From Candidatus Scatomonas sp. (GTDB lineage Bacteria > Bacillota > Clostridia > Lachnospirales > Lachnospiraceae), in NCBI GenBank assembly GCA_963930955.1, contig OZ006967.1, positions 590,398-614,397 on the forward strand: 24,000 nt of DNA. Direction: 5' to 3'. The notes below the pieces were generated by a model, which was not told where the DNA came from, did no database searches, and was given only the letters and a program-made list of their open reading frames with translations. This document shows positions 5,954 to 15,671 of the stretch, piece after piece. Position 1 is the stretch's first letter; each line of letters begins with the position of its first letter. The translations under genes and the position numbers were made by a program.

Positions 5954-8900
5954 ATGAAAGAATTTGACTACAGAATGGTAAAGGATCCTCAGTATTTTAA
6001 AGACGGATGCCGGGCAGACGCGCATTCCGATCATCCCTTCTATGCCACAGAAGCCGGCATGGAAACCGGGATTTCCGAATTTACAGAAAGTCTGAACGGT
6101 CTTTGGAAATTTCATTACGCAAAAAATTATGAGTCTGCCATTCCCGGTTTCCAGAGGGAGGACTACCCCTGCAAAGGATGGGACGATATCCGTGTGCCGG
6201 CTCACATTCAGCTGGAGGGCTTTGACGCCCCCCAATATTCCAACACCCAGTATCCCTGGGAAGGCAGGGAGGATATCCGGCCGGGGGAGATTCCCGACTA
6301 TTTTAATCCCACTGCCAGCTATGTAAAATATTTTACCGTTCCAGAGCGCATGAAGGGAAAACGGCTGTTTATTTCCTTCCAGGGCGCGGAGAGCGCTATC
6401 GCCCTCTGGCTGAACGGCGCCTTTGTAGGCTACAGCGGCGACAGCTTCACCCCCTCTGAATTTGAATTGACAGAGTATGTAAAAGAAGGGGAGAATAAGC
6501 TGGCGGCCCAGGTGTTTAAGTGGACAGCCGGCAGCTGGTGCGAGGACCAGGATTTCTTCCGCTTCTCCGGAATCTACAGGGATGTATATCTCTATACTGT
6601 GCCGGAGGTTCATATCCGGGACCTGCGGATCCGGGCAATTCCCGATGAGACTCTGACAAAGGCCTCTCTGGAAATCCGGACACAGACATGGGGCCAGGGC
6701 AGGGCAAAGTTCTGTCTTTCTCTGCAGGGCCGGGTAGTAATGGAGGAGGAGACGGAGATCTGCGGAGAGGATACTCTCCTCCGGGAAATCTCCAGGCCGG
6801 AACTCTGGAGCGCCGAAGCTCCCGCCCTGTATGATCTCCGTATCACCGTATACGGAAAAGACGGCCAGGTCACAGAGTTCATTCCTCAGAAGGTTGGTTT
6901 CCGGCGCTTCGAGATGAAGAACAGCATCATGACTCTGAACGGAAAGCGCATTGTCTTTAAGGGAGTAAACCGGCACGAGTTCAGTTCCGTAAGCGGCAGA
7001 AATGTATCCGAAGCAGAGCTGCGCAAGGATCTGGCCATCATGAAGCAAAACAATATTAATGCGGTCCGCACCTGCCATTATCCCAATTCTTCCCTGGTCT
7101 ACCGCCTCTGCGATGAGTACGGGCTGTACGTCATAGATGAGGCAAACCTGGAAAGCCACGGCACCTGGGATACTGCCCACGTAACCGGGGATGTGGATTA
7201 TATCGTGCCTAATAATAAACCGGAATGGCTGGAAATCCTTCTTGACCGGGCAAACTCCATGTATCAGAGGGATAAAAACCACCCCTGTGTTCTGATTTGG
7301 TCCTGCGGAAACGAATCCTACGGCGGAAAAGATATTTATGAAATGTCTCAGTTCTTCCGCAGAGAGGATCCCACCCGGCTGGTACACTACGAAGGCGTGT
7401 TCCGTGACCGCAGCTACAACGATTCCAGCGACATGGAAAGCCAGATGTATCCTACCGCGGCCTCCATTCAGGAATTCCTGGCAAAGGACCGCAGCAAACC
7501 TTTTATCTGCTGTGAATACACCCACGCCATGGGAAATTCCTGCGGGGCCATGGACAAATATACGGATCTGACAGATACCGAACCACTCTATCAGGGGGGC
7601 TTTATCTGGGATTTCATCGACCAGACCCTGTACAAAAAAGACCGCTACGGAAAAGAATTCCAGGCTTACGGCGGGGACTTCGGAGAGCGCCCTACAGATT
7701 ATAATTTCAGCGCCAACGGAATCGTATACGGCGGCGACCGGGAGCCTTCTCCCAAAATGCAGGATGTAAAGTTCAACTATCAGAATATCACAGCAGAAAC
7801 AGCTGCGGATCAGGTAACCGTGATCAATAAAAACCTGTTTCTGAATACGGATGCTTTTACCTGCGTTGTTTCCGTGGCCCGGGACGGAATTAAAATCCGG
7901 GAGCAGGTTCTGGAAACCCATACGGATCCTCTTTCTAAGGACACCTACCCCCTTCCTTTCCAGAAGGAAACCCTTCCGGGAGAGTATACCGTCACCGTAT
8001 CCTTCCGCCTGAAGGAAAGCACCATCTGGGCGGAAGCCGGCCACGAAGTAGCCTTCGGCCAGTACGTATATCAGGTGGAGAAAAAACCCCGGATCCATAG
8101 CGGCAGTTTTCAGGTAATCCGCAGCAAGCATAATATCGGCGTCAGAGGCGGGCATTTTGAAGTCATGTTCTCTGTCCTGAACGGCGGACTGGTCTCCTAC
8201 CGCTGGGGCGGCAGGGAAATGATCCGGGAGATTCCCCGTCCCAACTTCTGGAGAGCGCCGGTGGACAACGATCAGGGCAGCCAGATGCCCAAGCGCTACG
8301 CCCAGTGGAAGATCGCCAGCCTGTACGCAGATCATCATGAATACCGGGAAGGAGCCTACGGACCGGCCCTGGAGCCTGCCGTAGAGGCAGGAGAAAATTC
8401 CGTAAAGGTAACCTTTACCTATCTGATGCCCACCACGCCGGCCAGCCGGTGTACCCTGTCCTACGAAGTATTCGGAGATGGAACCGTGCGGACCCTTCTT
8501 GCCTACGATCCGGTGAAAGAACTGGGAGATATGCCGGAGTTCGGCGTGCTGTTCAAGCTGGACGCGGACTATGATCATGTAAAATGGTACGGCCTGGGGC
8601 CGGAGGAAACTTACGCAGACCGGAAAAAAGGGGCAAAGCTTGGCATTTACAGCAATCTTGTAAAAGACAATATGGCCCGGTACATCGTACCCCAGGAGTG
8701 CGGCGCCAAGGAGGAAGTGCGCTGGGCTTCCGTGACAGACCGGAGCGGATACGGCATGCTCTTTGAGATGGATGCCAGAAGCGGTCCTATGCTGTTCTCC
8801 GCGCTTCCCTACACTCCTCATGAAATGGAAAACGCGAAACATCCCTATGAGCTGCCGGAGGTTCACTACACCGTGGTGCGGGCGGCCCTGGGCCAGATGG

Positions 8901-9004
8901 GAGTCGGCGGAGACGACAGCTGGGGCGCCTGGACCCATCCGGAATATCTGCTGCCTGCAGCGGAAAAGATGGAATTCGCCCTCTCCTTCCGGGGCATCTG
9001 CTGA
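5954..9004 (+). CDS. lacZ: beta-galactosidase, glycoside hydrolase family 2
   Basis: Track ORF 5951..9004. I chose ATG 5954, with AGGAGG 9 nt upstream. GH2 hallmarks are present: VPAHIQLEGFDAPQYSNTQYPW, NAVRTCHYPN, IWSCGNESYGG, and CEYTHAMGNS for the nucleophile region. At ~1016 aa the length fits the LacZ type. Confidence 0.95.
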   Translation: MKEFDYRMVKDPQYFKDGCRADAHSDHPFYATEAGMETGISEFTESLNGLWKFHYAKNYESAIPGFQREDYPCKGWDDIRVPAHIQLEGFDAPQYSNTQYPWEGREDIRPGEIPDYFNPTASYVKYFTVPERMKGKRLFISFQGAESAIALWLNGAFVGYSGDSFTPSEFELTEYVKEGENKLAAQVFKWTAGSWCEDQDFFRFSGIYRDVYLYTVPEVHIRDLRIRAIPDETLTKASLEIRTQTWGQGRAKFCLSLQGRVVMEEETEICGEDTLLREISRPELWSAEAPALYDLRITVYGKDGQVTEFIPQKVGFRRFEMKNSIMTLNGKRIVFKGVNRHEFSSVSGRNVSEAELRKDLAIMKQNNINAVRTCHYPNSSLVYRLCDEYGLYVIDEANLESHGTWDTAHVTGDVDYIVPNNKPEWLEILLDRANSMYQRDKNHPCVLIWSCGNESYGGKDIYEMSQFFRREDPTRLVHYEGVFRDRSYNDSSDMESQMYPTAASIQEFLAKDRSKPFICCEYTHAMGNSCGAMDKYTDLTDTEPLYQGGFIWDFIDQTLYKKDRYGKEFQAYGGDFGERPTDYNFSANGIVYGGDREPSPKMQDVKFNYQNITAETAADQVTVINKNLFLNTDAFTCVVSVARDGIKIREQVLETHTDPLSKDTYPLPFQKETLPGEYTVTVSFRLKESTIWAEAGHEVAFGQYVYQVEKKPRIHSGSFQVIRSKHNIGVRGGHFEVMFSVLNGGLVSYRWGGREMIREIPRPNFWRAPVDNDQGSQMPKRYAQWKIASLYADHHEYREGAYGPALEPAVEAGENSVKVTFTYLMPTTPASRCTLSYEVFGDGTVRTLLAYDPVKELGDMPEFGVLFKLDADYDHVKWYGLGPEETYADRKKGAKLGIYSNLVKDNMARYIVPQECGAKEEVRWASVTDRSGYGMLFEMDARSGPMLFSALPYTPHEMENAKHPYELPEVHYTVVRAALGQMGVGGDDSWGAWTHPEYLLPAAEKMEFALSFRGIC

Positions 9005-9020
9005 ATCGATGGCTTAAAAA

Positions 9021-9083
9021 AAGAGACAATCCCGCGCCGTTCCGGAGGTTTCAGTTTTCCGGATATTGGCGGAATTGTCTCTT
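9021..9083. terminator. long imperfect hairpin between convergent lacZ and the BaxI-like gene; bidirectional terminator candidate
   Basis: aagagacaatcccgc (9021-9035) pairs with gcggaattgtctctt (9069-9083), with one mismatch. An inner ccgga/tccgg stem is enclosed. The flanks are A-rich on the left and T-rich on the right. Confidence 0.5.
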
Positions 9084-9113
9084 ATTTATATTTCAGCTGT
9101 TCAGCAGCCGCTG

Positions 9114-9953
9114 TCAGGACTGCCCGGAAGACTGGCTCTTCAGTTCAGTCAGCAGGTTGAAAACCTTCAGGAACAGGAAGATCACCGTATAGGCCAGACC
9201 AAAGGCGGCGGCCCATTCATATTTTTTCGGCAGATGGTTTTCCACGGTTTTCTGAATGGTATCAAAATCCACCAGCAGGAACGCGCAGGCGATCACTACA
9301 TAGATCACTCCCATAACAATGCTCAGTACCGGGGAATCGCTGAAAAAGCTCAGGGCCTGCCCCACACCCGGCACAAAGCTCAGGGCAAATACAGCAACGC
9401 CTCCAAAAACCGCTGTCAGAAACAGGGCAGTCACAATGGCACGGAATTTTTTCCCTACTTTTACAAAACCGCTGGCATACAGGCAGGCCATTACCGCCAC
9501 CAGCAGGATGGTGATTCCCAGGGCCATAAACAGAAGTTCCGAATACTCCGCTCCCAGCAGATCTGCCAGCATGGTTATGGTATATCCGATTCCTGCGCAG
9601 TAAATGGTTCCGAAAATGGGGATCAGTGGGCCGATCAGCAGGGCGATCATAGGCGCCAGGATCGTCATGAGCAGGGCGACTCCGGCAACGATAAGTTCCG
9701 TTACATAAAAGGAATATTCCTCCACTACGATCTGCTGACTGCCGGCTGCGGCCAGCATCTGATGCAGGATAAAATAGCCTGCCACTCCCGCGGCAGTCAC
9801 CAGCATAAAGAAAAAGGTCTTTCCCGCAATGCCGCCGTAGGTAGCGCCATGATCCGGCGCCTGCTCCTCAATCCGGCTGATCTTCCGGATCATGGGATTC
9901 ATCATAATCATACCGGCTTTCTGCTTTGCGGTAGCCGTGGTCTGTTGTTTCAT
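9114..9953 (-). CDS. Bax inhibitor-1-like (BaxI_1/YccA-related) multi-pass membrane protein
   Basis: Lies in track ORF 9114..10013. I chose ATG 9951-9953 (MKQQTT) because GGGGGAGAG lies just upstream; an internal MIMMNPMIRK start is also possible. It has the N-terminal NP motif followed by ~7 hydrophobic segments. Confidence 0.7.
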   Translation of the reverse strand: MKQQTTATAKQKAGMIMMNPMIRKISRIEEQAPDHGATYGGIAGKTFFFMLVTAAGVAGYFILHQMLAAAGSQQIVVEEYSFYVTELIVAGVALLMTILAPMIALLIGPLIPIFGTIYCAGIGYTITMLADLLGAEYSELLFMALGITILLVAVMACLYASGFVKVGKKFRAIVTALFLTAVFGGVAVFALSFVPGVGQALSFFSDSPVLSIVMGVIYVVIACAFLLVDFDTIQKTVENHLPKKYEWAAAFGLAYTVIFLFLKVFNLLTELKSQSSGQS

Positions 9954-10110
9954 TCTACTCTCCCCCCTAATTTTATTCATACTCATTATATAGAAGGGTT
10001 TTGCCTGCGTCAATCAAAATCCAGGGAAATGTAATCATCAGGAAATGTTTGACACAGGAAAGGTTTCGGCATATAATGAACTTTATGAATTGCATACCGC
10101 CAATAGAAAG

Positions 10111-10270
10111 CTGCAGGAAAGAGGCCTCTGGCCCGCCGAAGGAATCATACTCTCAGGTGTCCGGAAATCCGGGCGGGACTGCAGCCGGATGGCTCTCTGG
10201 AGAATCCCGCATGCGGGTGCCGAAGGTGAAAGCGGAGGATTCCGCGAATCTCTCAGGCAAAAGGACAGTG
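10111..10270 (+). promoter_or_regulatory. tandem glycine riboswitch (two aptamers)
   Basis: Aptamer 1 is ctgcaggaaagag...cgccgaagga...ctcagg...cgggactgcag. Aptamer 2 is ctctggagaatcccgcatgcgggtgccgaaggtgaaagcgg...ctctcaggcaaaaggac. Both match the conserved GGAGA / CCGAAGG / CUCAGGCAAAAGGAC cores of the glycine riboswitch. The downstream gene is a typical regulon member. Confidence 0.85.
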
Positions 10271-10335
10271 TACGAAAATCATCTCTTTGCAGATGCCCTG
10301 CCGGGCGTCTCTTGGAGATTCTTTGCAGTGACTTC

Positions 10336-10365
10336 GTCCCCGGGATTTTCCCGGGGACTTTTTTT
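10336..10365 (+). terminator. intrinsic terminator, the expression platform of the glycine riboswitch
   Basis: gtccccggg (10336-10344) / atttt / cccggggac (10350-10358) followed by T7 (10359-10365). It sits 40 nt upstream of the symporter start. Confidence 0.8.
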
Positions 10366-10404
10366 GGCGGATGCTGTACAAATGAGAGGGAATGGAGAAT
10401 ATTC

Positions 10405-11772
10405 ATGGACGGAATTGCAAATTTTGTATCGCAGATCGTTGAAACTGTAAACACCTTCCTCTGGGATTACGCCCTGCTGTTCCTGCTGGTGGGCGCCGGC
10501 ATCTTCTTTACCATTATGCTCCGCTTTATCCAGATACGGAAGTTCGGAGCGGGAATGAAATCCCTGTTCGGAAACTTTTCCCTCCACGGCAAGGGAACGG
10601 AAAAAGGCCTCAGCTCTTTCCAGGCTCTGACCACCGCCGTAGCGGCTCAGGTAGGAACCGGAAACATTGCGGGAGCCGCCACCGCCATTGCCTCCGGAGG
10701 ACCGGGAGCCATTTTCTGGATGTGGGTCAGCGCCTTTTTCGGCATGGCTACCATCTACGCAGAGGCTGTCATGGCTCAGAAAACCCGGGTGGTGGAAGAC
10801 GGAAATATTACCGGAGGACCTATCTACTATATCAAGTATGCTTTTAAAGGCCGCTTCGGCAAATTCCTGGCCGGCTTCTTCTCGGTGGCTCTGATCCTGG
10901 CCCTTGGCTTTATGGGCAACATAGTTCAGTCTAACTCCATCGGAGAGTCCTTCCGCAATGTATTCGGCATCAATCCCCTGATTATGGGAGTGATCATCGG
11001 CGTTATCGCCGGCTTCATCTTCCTGGGAGGCATTAAGCGTATCGCCCGCTTTACGGAAAAGATCGTGCCTCTCATGGCTCTTCTGTATATTGTAGGCTGC
11101 CTGGTGGTGCTGGTCATGACCGGCTCCGGTGTGGGCAGAGCTTTCCACGATATTTTTGTAGGCGCCTTTGATCCCCAGGCCATTGCCGGCGGTATGCTGG
11201 GCGTTACCGTGCAGAAGGCCATGCGCTACGGCGTAGCCAGAGGGCTTTTCTCCAACGAAGCCGGTATGGGCTCCACCCCCCACGCCCACGCCACTGCGGA
11301 TGTAAAGCATCCTTCCGACCAGGGAATCATCGCCATGATGGGCGTGTTCATCGACACCTTTGTGATCCTGACGCTGACCGCCCTGGTGATCGTATCCACC
11401 GGCGTATGGAACAACGGACAGACTGGTTCCGTGCTGGCCCAGACCGCTTTTGACTCTGTCTTCGGATCCTTCGGCCAGATCTTCATCGCCATCTGCATGC
11501 TGTTCTTCGCCTTTACCACCATTGTGGGCTGGTACTATTTCGGAGAAGTCAACGTGCGCCATCTGTTTGGAAAGAAGGCCGTAAAAATCTACGCGGTGCT
11601 GGTGGTTGCCTTCGTGATCCTGGGCTCTACCCTGAAGGTGGATCTGGTGTGGAACATGTCCGATATGTTCAACGGCCTTATGGTTCTTCCCAACCTGATC
11701 GGTCTTCTGGCCTGCGCCATGACCGTGTACCGGATCACCAAAGAATACGACCGGAAAAAGGGCTTGAAATAA
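10405..11772 (+). CDS. alanine/glycine:cation symporter (AGCS family, sodium:alanine symporter)
   Basis: Lies in track ORF 10045..11772, whose upstream part is the riboswitch leader. ATG 10405 follows a GGAGAA. MDGIANFVSQIVETVNTFLWDYALLFLLVGAGIFFT...SSFQALTTAVAAQVGTGNIAGAATAIASGGPGAIFWMW is the AGCS signature. Confidence 0.9.
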   Translation: MDGIANFVSQIVETVNTFLWDYALLFLLVGAGIFFTIMLRFIQIRKFGAGMKSLFGNFSLHGKGTEKGLSSFQALTTAVAAQVGTGNIAGAATAIASGGPGAIFWMWVSAFFGMATIYAEAVMAQKTRVVEDGNITGGPIYYIKYAFKGRFGKFLAGFFSVALILALGFMGNIVQSNSIGESFRNVFGINPLIMGVIIGVIAGFIFLGGIKRIARFTEKIVPLMALLYIVGCLVVLVMTGSGVGRAFHDIFVGAFDPQAIAGGMLGVTVQKAMRYGVARGLFSNEAGMGSTPHAHATADVKHPSDQGIIAMMGVFIDTFVILTLTALVIVSTGVWNNGQTGSVLAQTAFDSVFGSFGQIFIAICMLFFAFTTIVGWYYFGEVNVRHLFGKKAVKIYAVLVVAFVILGSTLKVDLVWNMSDMFNGLMVLPNLIGLLACAMTVYRITKEYDRKKGLK

Positions 11773-11818
11773 TCCAAAAAACTGTCATACACTTCTGCGG
11801 CGACAGTCAATCGAACTT

Positions 11819-11860
11819 GAAAAGCCGGGGTTAAGAACTTCTTCTTAATCCCGGCTTTTC
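11819..11860. terminator. 17-bp stem hairpin between the convergent symporter and amidohydrolase genes
   Basis: gaaaagccggggttaag / aacttctt / cttaatcccggcttttc. Confidence 0.6.
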
Positions 11861-11861
11861 A

Positions 11862-13148
11862 TTATTGCTTTAACAGCGCCGCAGAGGCGTAAAATTCCGC
11901 CATGATTCCCAGTACATCTTCCTTAAAATCAAATTCCGGCTGATGGTGTTCCGCCTCCAGGGGAGTGCCGAAAATAAAATAGGCCGCCTGGCCGCCCGCC
12001 TTCCGGACTTCTTCCATAAGAACCGCCGCGTCCTCGGAAGCCTGGAACACACCTTCCTCCCCGTACAGCTCCCCCAGATTCATTTTTTCCGCCGCCCGCC
12101 GGCAGCTGCGGACCAGTTCCGGGCTGCTCTTTGCGGTTCCCGCTTCCCCCTGTTCCAGAATACTGCAGGAAACCCCGTACATCTCTGCCGAAGCCCTGGC
12201 CACTCTTTCCAGCGCTTCCCGCATATACCGGTTGATCTCCGTTGTCTCCCCTCTGGTTTCCGCTTCCAGATATGCCTGATCCGGAATAATATTCCGTCCG
12301 CTGCCTCCGGTCAGCCGGCCGATATTCACCCGGCCTTCCCCCAGGCTGCTCCGGGAGATCCCATACGCATTTACTGTACAGACCGCCGCCGCCAGCAGTG
12401 CGTTCCGCCCCTTTTCCGGAGCCTTGGCCGCGTGGGCGGCCTTTCCCAGGAATTCAATATCCAGCTTGGAGGTAGCCATAAATCCGTCCCTGCAGCCGAT
12501 GATCTCTCCCAGCCGCTGTGCTCCCATGCCTATATGTCCTCCGAAAAAAAAGTCCGCTCCCCGGAGCCATCCCCGGGCTCCCATGGCTCTGGCTCCCCGG
12601 CAGCCTTCCTCCGCCGGCTGAAATAAAAGCCGGACTTCTCCTTTTATTTTTTTCCGGTTCCGTCCCAGAATCCAGGCCAATCCCAGGCCTGCCGCCAGAT
12701 GGCCGTCGTGCCCGCAGGCATGCATAATCCCAGGATGAAGGGAAATATATTCCCGGTTTTTTTCAGATTCTTTTTCCCGGATAGGGAGAGCATCCATGTC
12801 AAACCGGAGCACCCTTACCGGTCCCGGATTCTCTCCTTTCAGAACAGCTGCGGCCCCTGTTTTTCCTCCACGGATCTTCTCCATAAACCAGGGGGGAACT
12901 CCCTCAGACAGAGCCCTTTTTTCACATTCTTCCAGATACTCCCTGCCGGGCAGGCCCATCCGGCTTTCCGGCAGACAGGCCTCCTCCCCGGTAAATACCT
13001 GAAATCCCGCCTGCTTCAGTTCTTCCGCCACTCTCCAGGTGGTCCGGTACTCGGTCCATCCCATCTCCGGATACCGGTGAAATTCTCTTCTCAGAGATTT
13101 CATTTTCTCAACAAGTTCTGCTGTCACCCACTGAAACTGTTCTTTCAT
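11862..13148 (-). CDS. M20-family amidohydrolase (N-acyl-L-amino-acid amidohydrolase / hippurate hydrolase-like)
   Basis: 428-aa track ORF. It has the metal-binding MHACGHDGH motif and LLFQPAEEG, typical of the peptidase M20D subfamily. Confidence 0.88.
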   Translation of the reverse strand: MKEQFQWVTAELVEKMKSLRREFHRYPEMGWTEYRTTWRVAEELKQAGFQVFTGEEACLPESRMGLPGREYLEECEKRALSEGVPPWFMEKIRGGKTGAAAVLKGENPGPVRVLRFDMDALPIREKESEKNREYISLHPGIMHACGHDGHLAAGLGLAWILGRNRKKIKGEVRLLFQPAEEGCRGARAMGARGWLRGADFFFGGHIGMGAQRLGEIIGCRDGFMATSKLDIEFLGKAAHAAKAPEKGRNALLAAAVCTVNAYGISRSSLGEGRVNIGRLTGGSGRNIIPDQAYLEAETRGETTEINRYMREALERVARASAEMYGVSCSILEQGEAGTAKSSPELVRSCRRAAEKMNLGELYGEEGVFQASEDAAVLMEEVRKAGGQAAYFIFGTPLEAEHHQPEFDFKEDVLGIMAEFYASAALLKQ

Positions 13149-13159
13149 TTTTTACTTCC

Positions 13160-14257
13160 TCATCTCATGGCTCCGCTGTCGTTCAGGAGCAGGGTGCTGT
13201 ACAGAAACAGCACATCGGCATTTTCAAAGTCTATATAATCCCCCAGAAGCTCCGGGGCTATATAGCGGATATCCACCAGATCGATCTCCGAATAGGCTTC
13301 CGCCAGCAGCGGCGCCAGACTGGAGGAAAAAGAATCTCCAAAAAGGATCAGCCTTCTTTCTCCCTTGCAAAAGGGATTGGTGATCTTCAGCACCGGCGCC
13401 GGCCCGGAGAGATATACCTCATAGGGATCTCTTCCCTCCAGGGCCTTCCGGTCATAAACGCCTGTGTCGGCCCCTGTTTCCAGAGAATACACCCGGCAGC
13501 CGTCTATGACAGAATTTCTCAGGAGATAAAGGGGTTCCCCCTCCATGGGCAGGGCCGCCTGCCCGTAATAAACCCCTCTGAAATCTTCCTTTACCAGTTC
13601 CTGCCGGTAATCCCCGGAAATTGTGCCTCCCATGGCTTCCGCCAGATAGGAGGCGGCCTCTGTGATCCGCTCCTGCCTCCAGTGGGTATCTGTCCGGTAA
13701 TAATCCTCCTGGCTCAAAAACTCCTTCAGATCCAGATACGCGGCAAACTCCATTCCCTCCTTCACTGCGGAAAACAGCTCCGGATAATCCATAGAAGGGT
13801 ACCCGCCCCGGGAGGCCAGATAGTACCCCTTGTCCGGAATCACAGATACATAAACGCGGTCTGTCTTTTCTTTTATATATACTGTATACAATTCCCGCAG
13901 TTTTTCTACTGCCCGGTTTACAGATTCCCGGTTCAGGGGAGCTTCGATCTTTGCCGCGTATCCCTGTTTCAGATAAATTCCATGATGGTCCTTTTCCTGA
14001 AACAAATAGTAGGTGGCTATGGATTTCAGAGTCCGAAACTCCTCCCGCAGGGGAAACTGATCCGTTGCATATTCCTGAAATTTCTCCGGGAAGGTTCCGG
14101 AAATCAGGGTATCCCCGGTAAGATCCGGCATCTGGGCCAGTTTCCGCCGTTCTGTAAGGGAAATCTCATCCGGAGTTTTCATCCAGCTCCAGAACGCCAG
14201 CAGCAGCCAGATTCCCGCCACAAGCCCCAGAGAGAGGGTTGTCTTTCTCCTTTTCAT
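13160..14257 (-). CDS. DHHW-family protein (AlgJ/AlgX-like SGNH-fold O-acetyltransferase candidate) with an N-terminal membrane anchor
   Basis: Lies in track ORF 13160..14569. I chose ATG 14255-14257 because AGGAGG lies upstream. It reads MKRRKTTLSLGLVAGIWLLLAFW, then ...YYRTDTHWRQE (a DxHW motif) and ...LILFGDSFS. The upstream part of the track ORF overlaps the MBOAT gene in another frame. Confidence 0.8.
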   Translation of the reverse strand: MKRRKTTLSLGLVAGIWLLLAFWSWMKTPDEISLTERRKLAQMPDLTGDTLISGTFPEKFQEYATDQFPLREEFRTLKSIATYYLFQEKDHHGIYLKQGYAAKIEAPLNRESVNRAVEKLRELYTVYIKEKTDRVYVSVIPDKGYYLASRGGYPSMDYPELFSAVKEGMEFAAYLDLKEFLSQEDYYRTDTHWRQERITEAASYLAEAMGGTISGDYRQELVKEDFRGVYYGQAALPMEGEPLYLLRNSVIDGCRVYSLETGADTGVYDRKALEGRDPYEVYLSGPAPVLKITNPFCKGERRLILFGDSFSSSLAPLLAEAYSEIDLVDIRYIAPELLGDYIDFENADVLFLYSTLLLNDSGAMR

Positions 14258-14270
14258 CGATCCATGCCTC

Positions 14271-15665
14271 CTAAAAACGAAAATACAGGAAAGGGTTAAA
14301 AGAGCCGTCCACCAGATACGCCGTGGAAAGCAGCAGAAGACCCGCCATAGCCAAAGGCTCCAGCACCGCCAAAAGCGCTCCTGTACGCCTGTCCTCCCGG
14401 AATTTCCGGTACAGCCGGATGGGAACAGGGGTCGCTCCCAGAACTGCCAGAAGCAGCAGAACCAGAAAGCTTCTGAGATAATAAACCGCCTCTGCCGTAG
14501 CCGCCGGAAGCCCTCCGCCCCCGAAAAGACAGAAGATATCCCAAAGAGCAGCAGAAATGGTAGGGGCATTAAAAATCACGAAACTGACTGTTATAAAAAA
14601 GAAAGGATAAATTCCCGCAGCTGCCCGGGGCAGTCTTTCCAGATATTTTCCGTACCAAAGCCGCTCTCCTGCCAGCAGGACCGCAAAGAACAGACCCCAG
14701 AGCACAAAATTCCAGGCCGCCCCGTGCCACAGACCTGTCAGCAGCCAGACCGCCAGCAGATTCCGCAGCCATTTTTTCTTTCCGCACCGGCTTCCTCCCA
14801 AAGGAATGTATACGTAATCCCGGAACCAGCCTCCCAGCGTCATATGCCAGCGTCTCCAAAATTCCGTGGCGCTTCGGGAAAGAAAAGGATAGCGGAAATT
14901 TTCCGGAAAGGTAAATCCCAGCATCCGCCCCATTCCCAGGGCCATATCGCTGTATCCGGAAAAATCATAGTATACATACAGGGAAAAAGCAGCCCCGTAA
15001 ACCCAGTAAAAAAGCAGGGATTTTTCAGATTCCTGAAAAATCTGGCACAGCCCGTACAGCTGATTGGCCAGCAGTACTTTTTTCCCCAGTCCTGCGAGAA
15101 AACGGCGGAGTCCCTCATAAACACTCTCCCGGGTGATAGTACGGCTCCGCATCTCCCCGGCAATGTCCGAATAGCGCACAATCGGGCCTGCGATCAGCTG
15201 GGGAAATAAGGATACATAGCAGGCAAAGCGGATCAGATTTTTTTCCGCCGGATAACTGCCCCGGTACACATCCGCCGTATAACTGAGAATCTGAAAGGTA
15301 TAAAAGCTGATACCCACCGGCAGGGCAATGCGAAGAACCGGAAGAGGCAGGCCTGTAAGGGCCCGTATGCTGTCCGCGAAAAAGCCTGCGTATTTAAACC
15401 AGATCAGAAGCCCCAGGGCGGTTCCTGCGGACAGCAGCGCGAAACCCTTCTTTTTCCGGGGATATCTTTCCATCAGCACAGCAAAAAAATATCCCTGCAG
15501 AATATCTCCCGCCATCAGCAGCAGAAGCCTGGGTTCCCCGTATCCGTAAAAAAACAGGCTTTCTGCCAGCAAAACCAGATTCTTTCCTCTGGAGGGCGTA
15601 AGATAATAGAGCAGCAGTGCCGCCGGAAGAAAATAATAAAGAAAAGGAATACTGGAAAAAACCAT
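14271..15665 (-). CDS. MBOAT-family membrane-bound O-acyltransferase (AlgI/DltB-like)
   Basis: 464-aa track ORF. It is a multi-pass membrane protein with FWRRWHMTLGGWFRDYVYIPLGG and LLTGLWHGAAWNF. Those match the MBOAT catalytic His region. Confidence 0.9.
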   Translation of the reverse strand: MVFSSIPFLYYFLPAALLLYYLTPSRGKNLVLLAESLFFYGYGEPRLLLLMAGDILQGYFFAVLMERYPRKKKGFALLSAGTALGLLIWFKYAGFFADSIRALTGLPLPVLRIALPVGISFYTFQILSYTADVYRGSYPAEKNLIRFACYVSLFPQLIAGPIVRYSDIAGEMRSRTITRESVYEGLRRFLAGLGKKVLLANQLYGLCQIFQESEKSLLFYWVYGAAFSLYVYYDFSGYSDMALGMGRMLGFTFPENFRYPFLSRSATEFWRRWHMTLGGWFRDYVYIPLGGSRCGKKKWLRNLLAVWLLTGLWHGAAWNFVLWGLFFAVLLAGERLWYGKYLERLPRAAAGIYPFFFITVSFVIFNAPTISAALWDIFCLFGGGGLPAATAEAVYYLRSFLVLLLLAVLGATPVPIRLYRKFREDRRTGALLAVLEPLAMAGLLLLSTAYLVDGSFNPFLYFRF

Positions 15666-15671
15666 ATCCGT

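Noticed and set aside
5927-8938. A 1003-aa ORF antisense to lacZ, nearly as long as lacZ itself.
   Set aside because: Its composition is low-complexity and rich in G, A, P, R, with no recognisable domain. The sense strand carries unmistakable GH2 motifs. Long stop-free antisense frames are expected opposite GC3-rich genes.
9066-11562. Other long shadow ORFs: 9066..10034 (+, 322 aa) and 10279..11562 (-, 427 aa). Similar ones lie opposite M20, DHHW and MBOAT.
   Set aside because: Same reasoning. They are H, G, R, Q-rich nonsense opposite well-supported membrane or enzyme genes.
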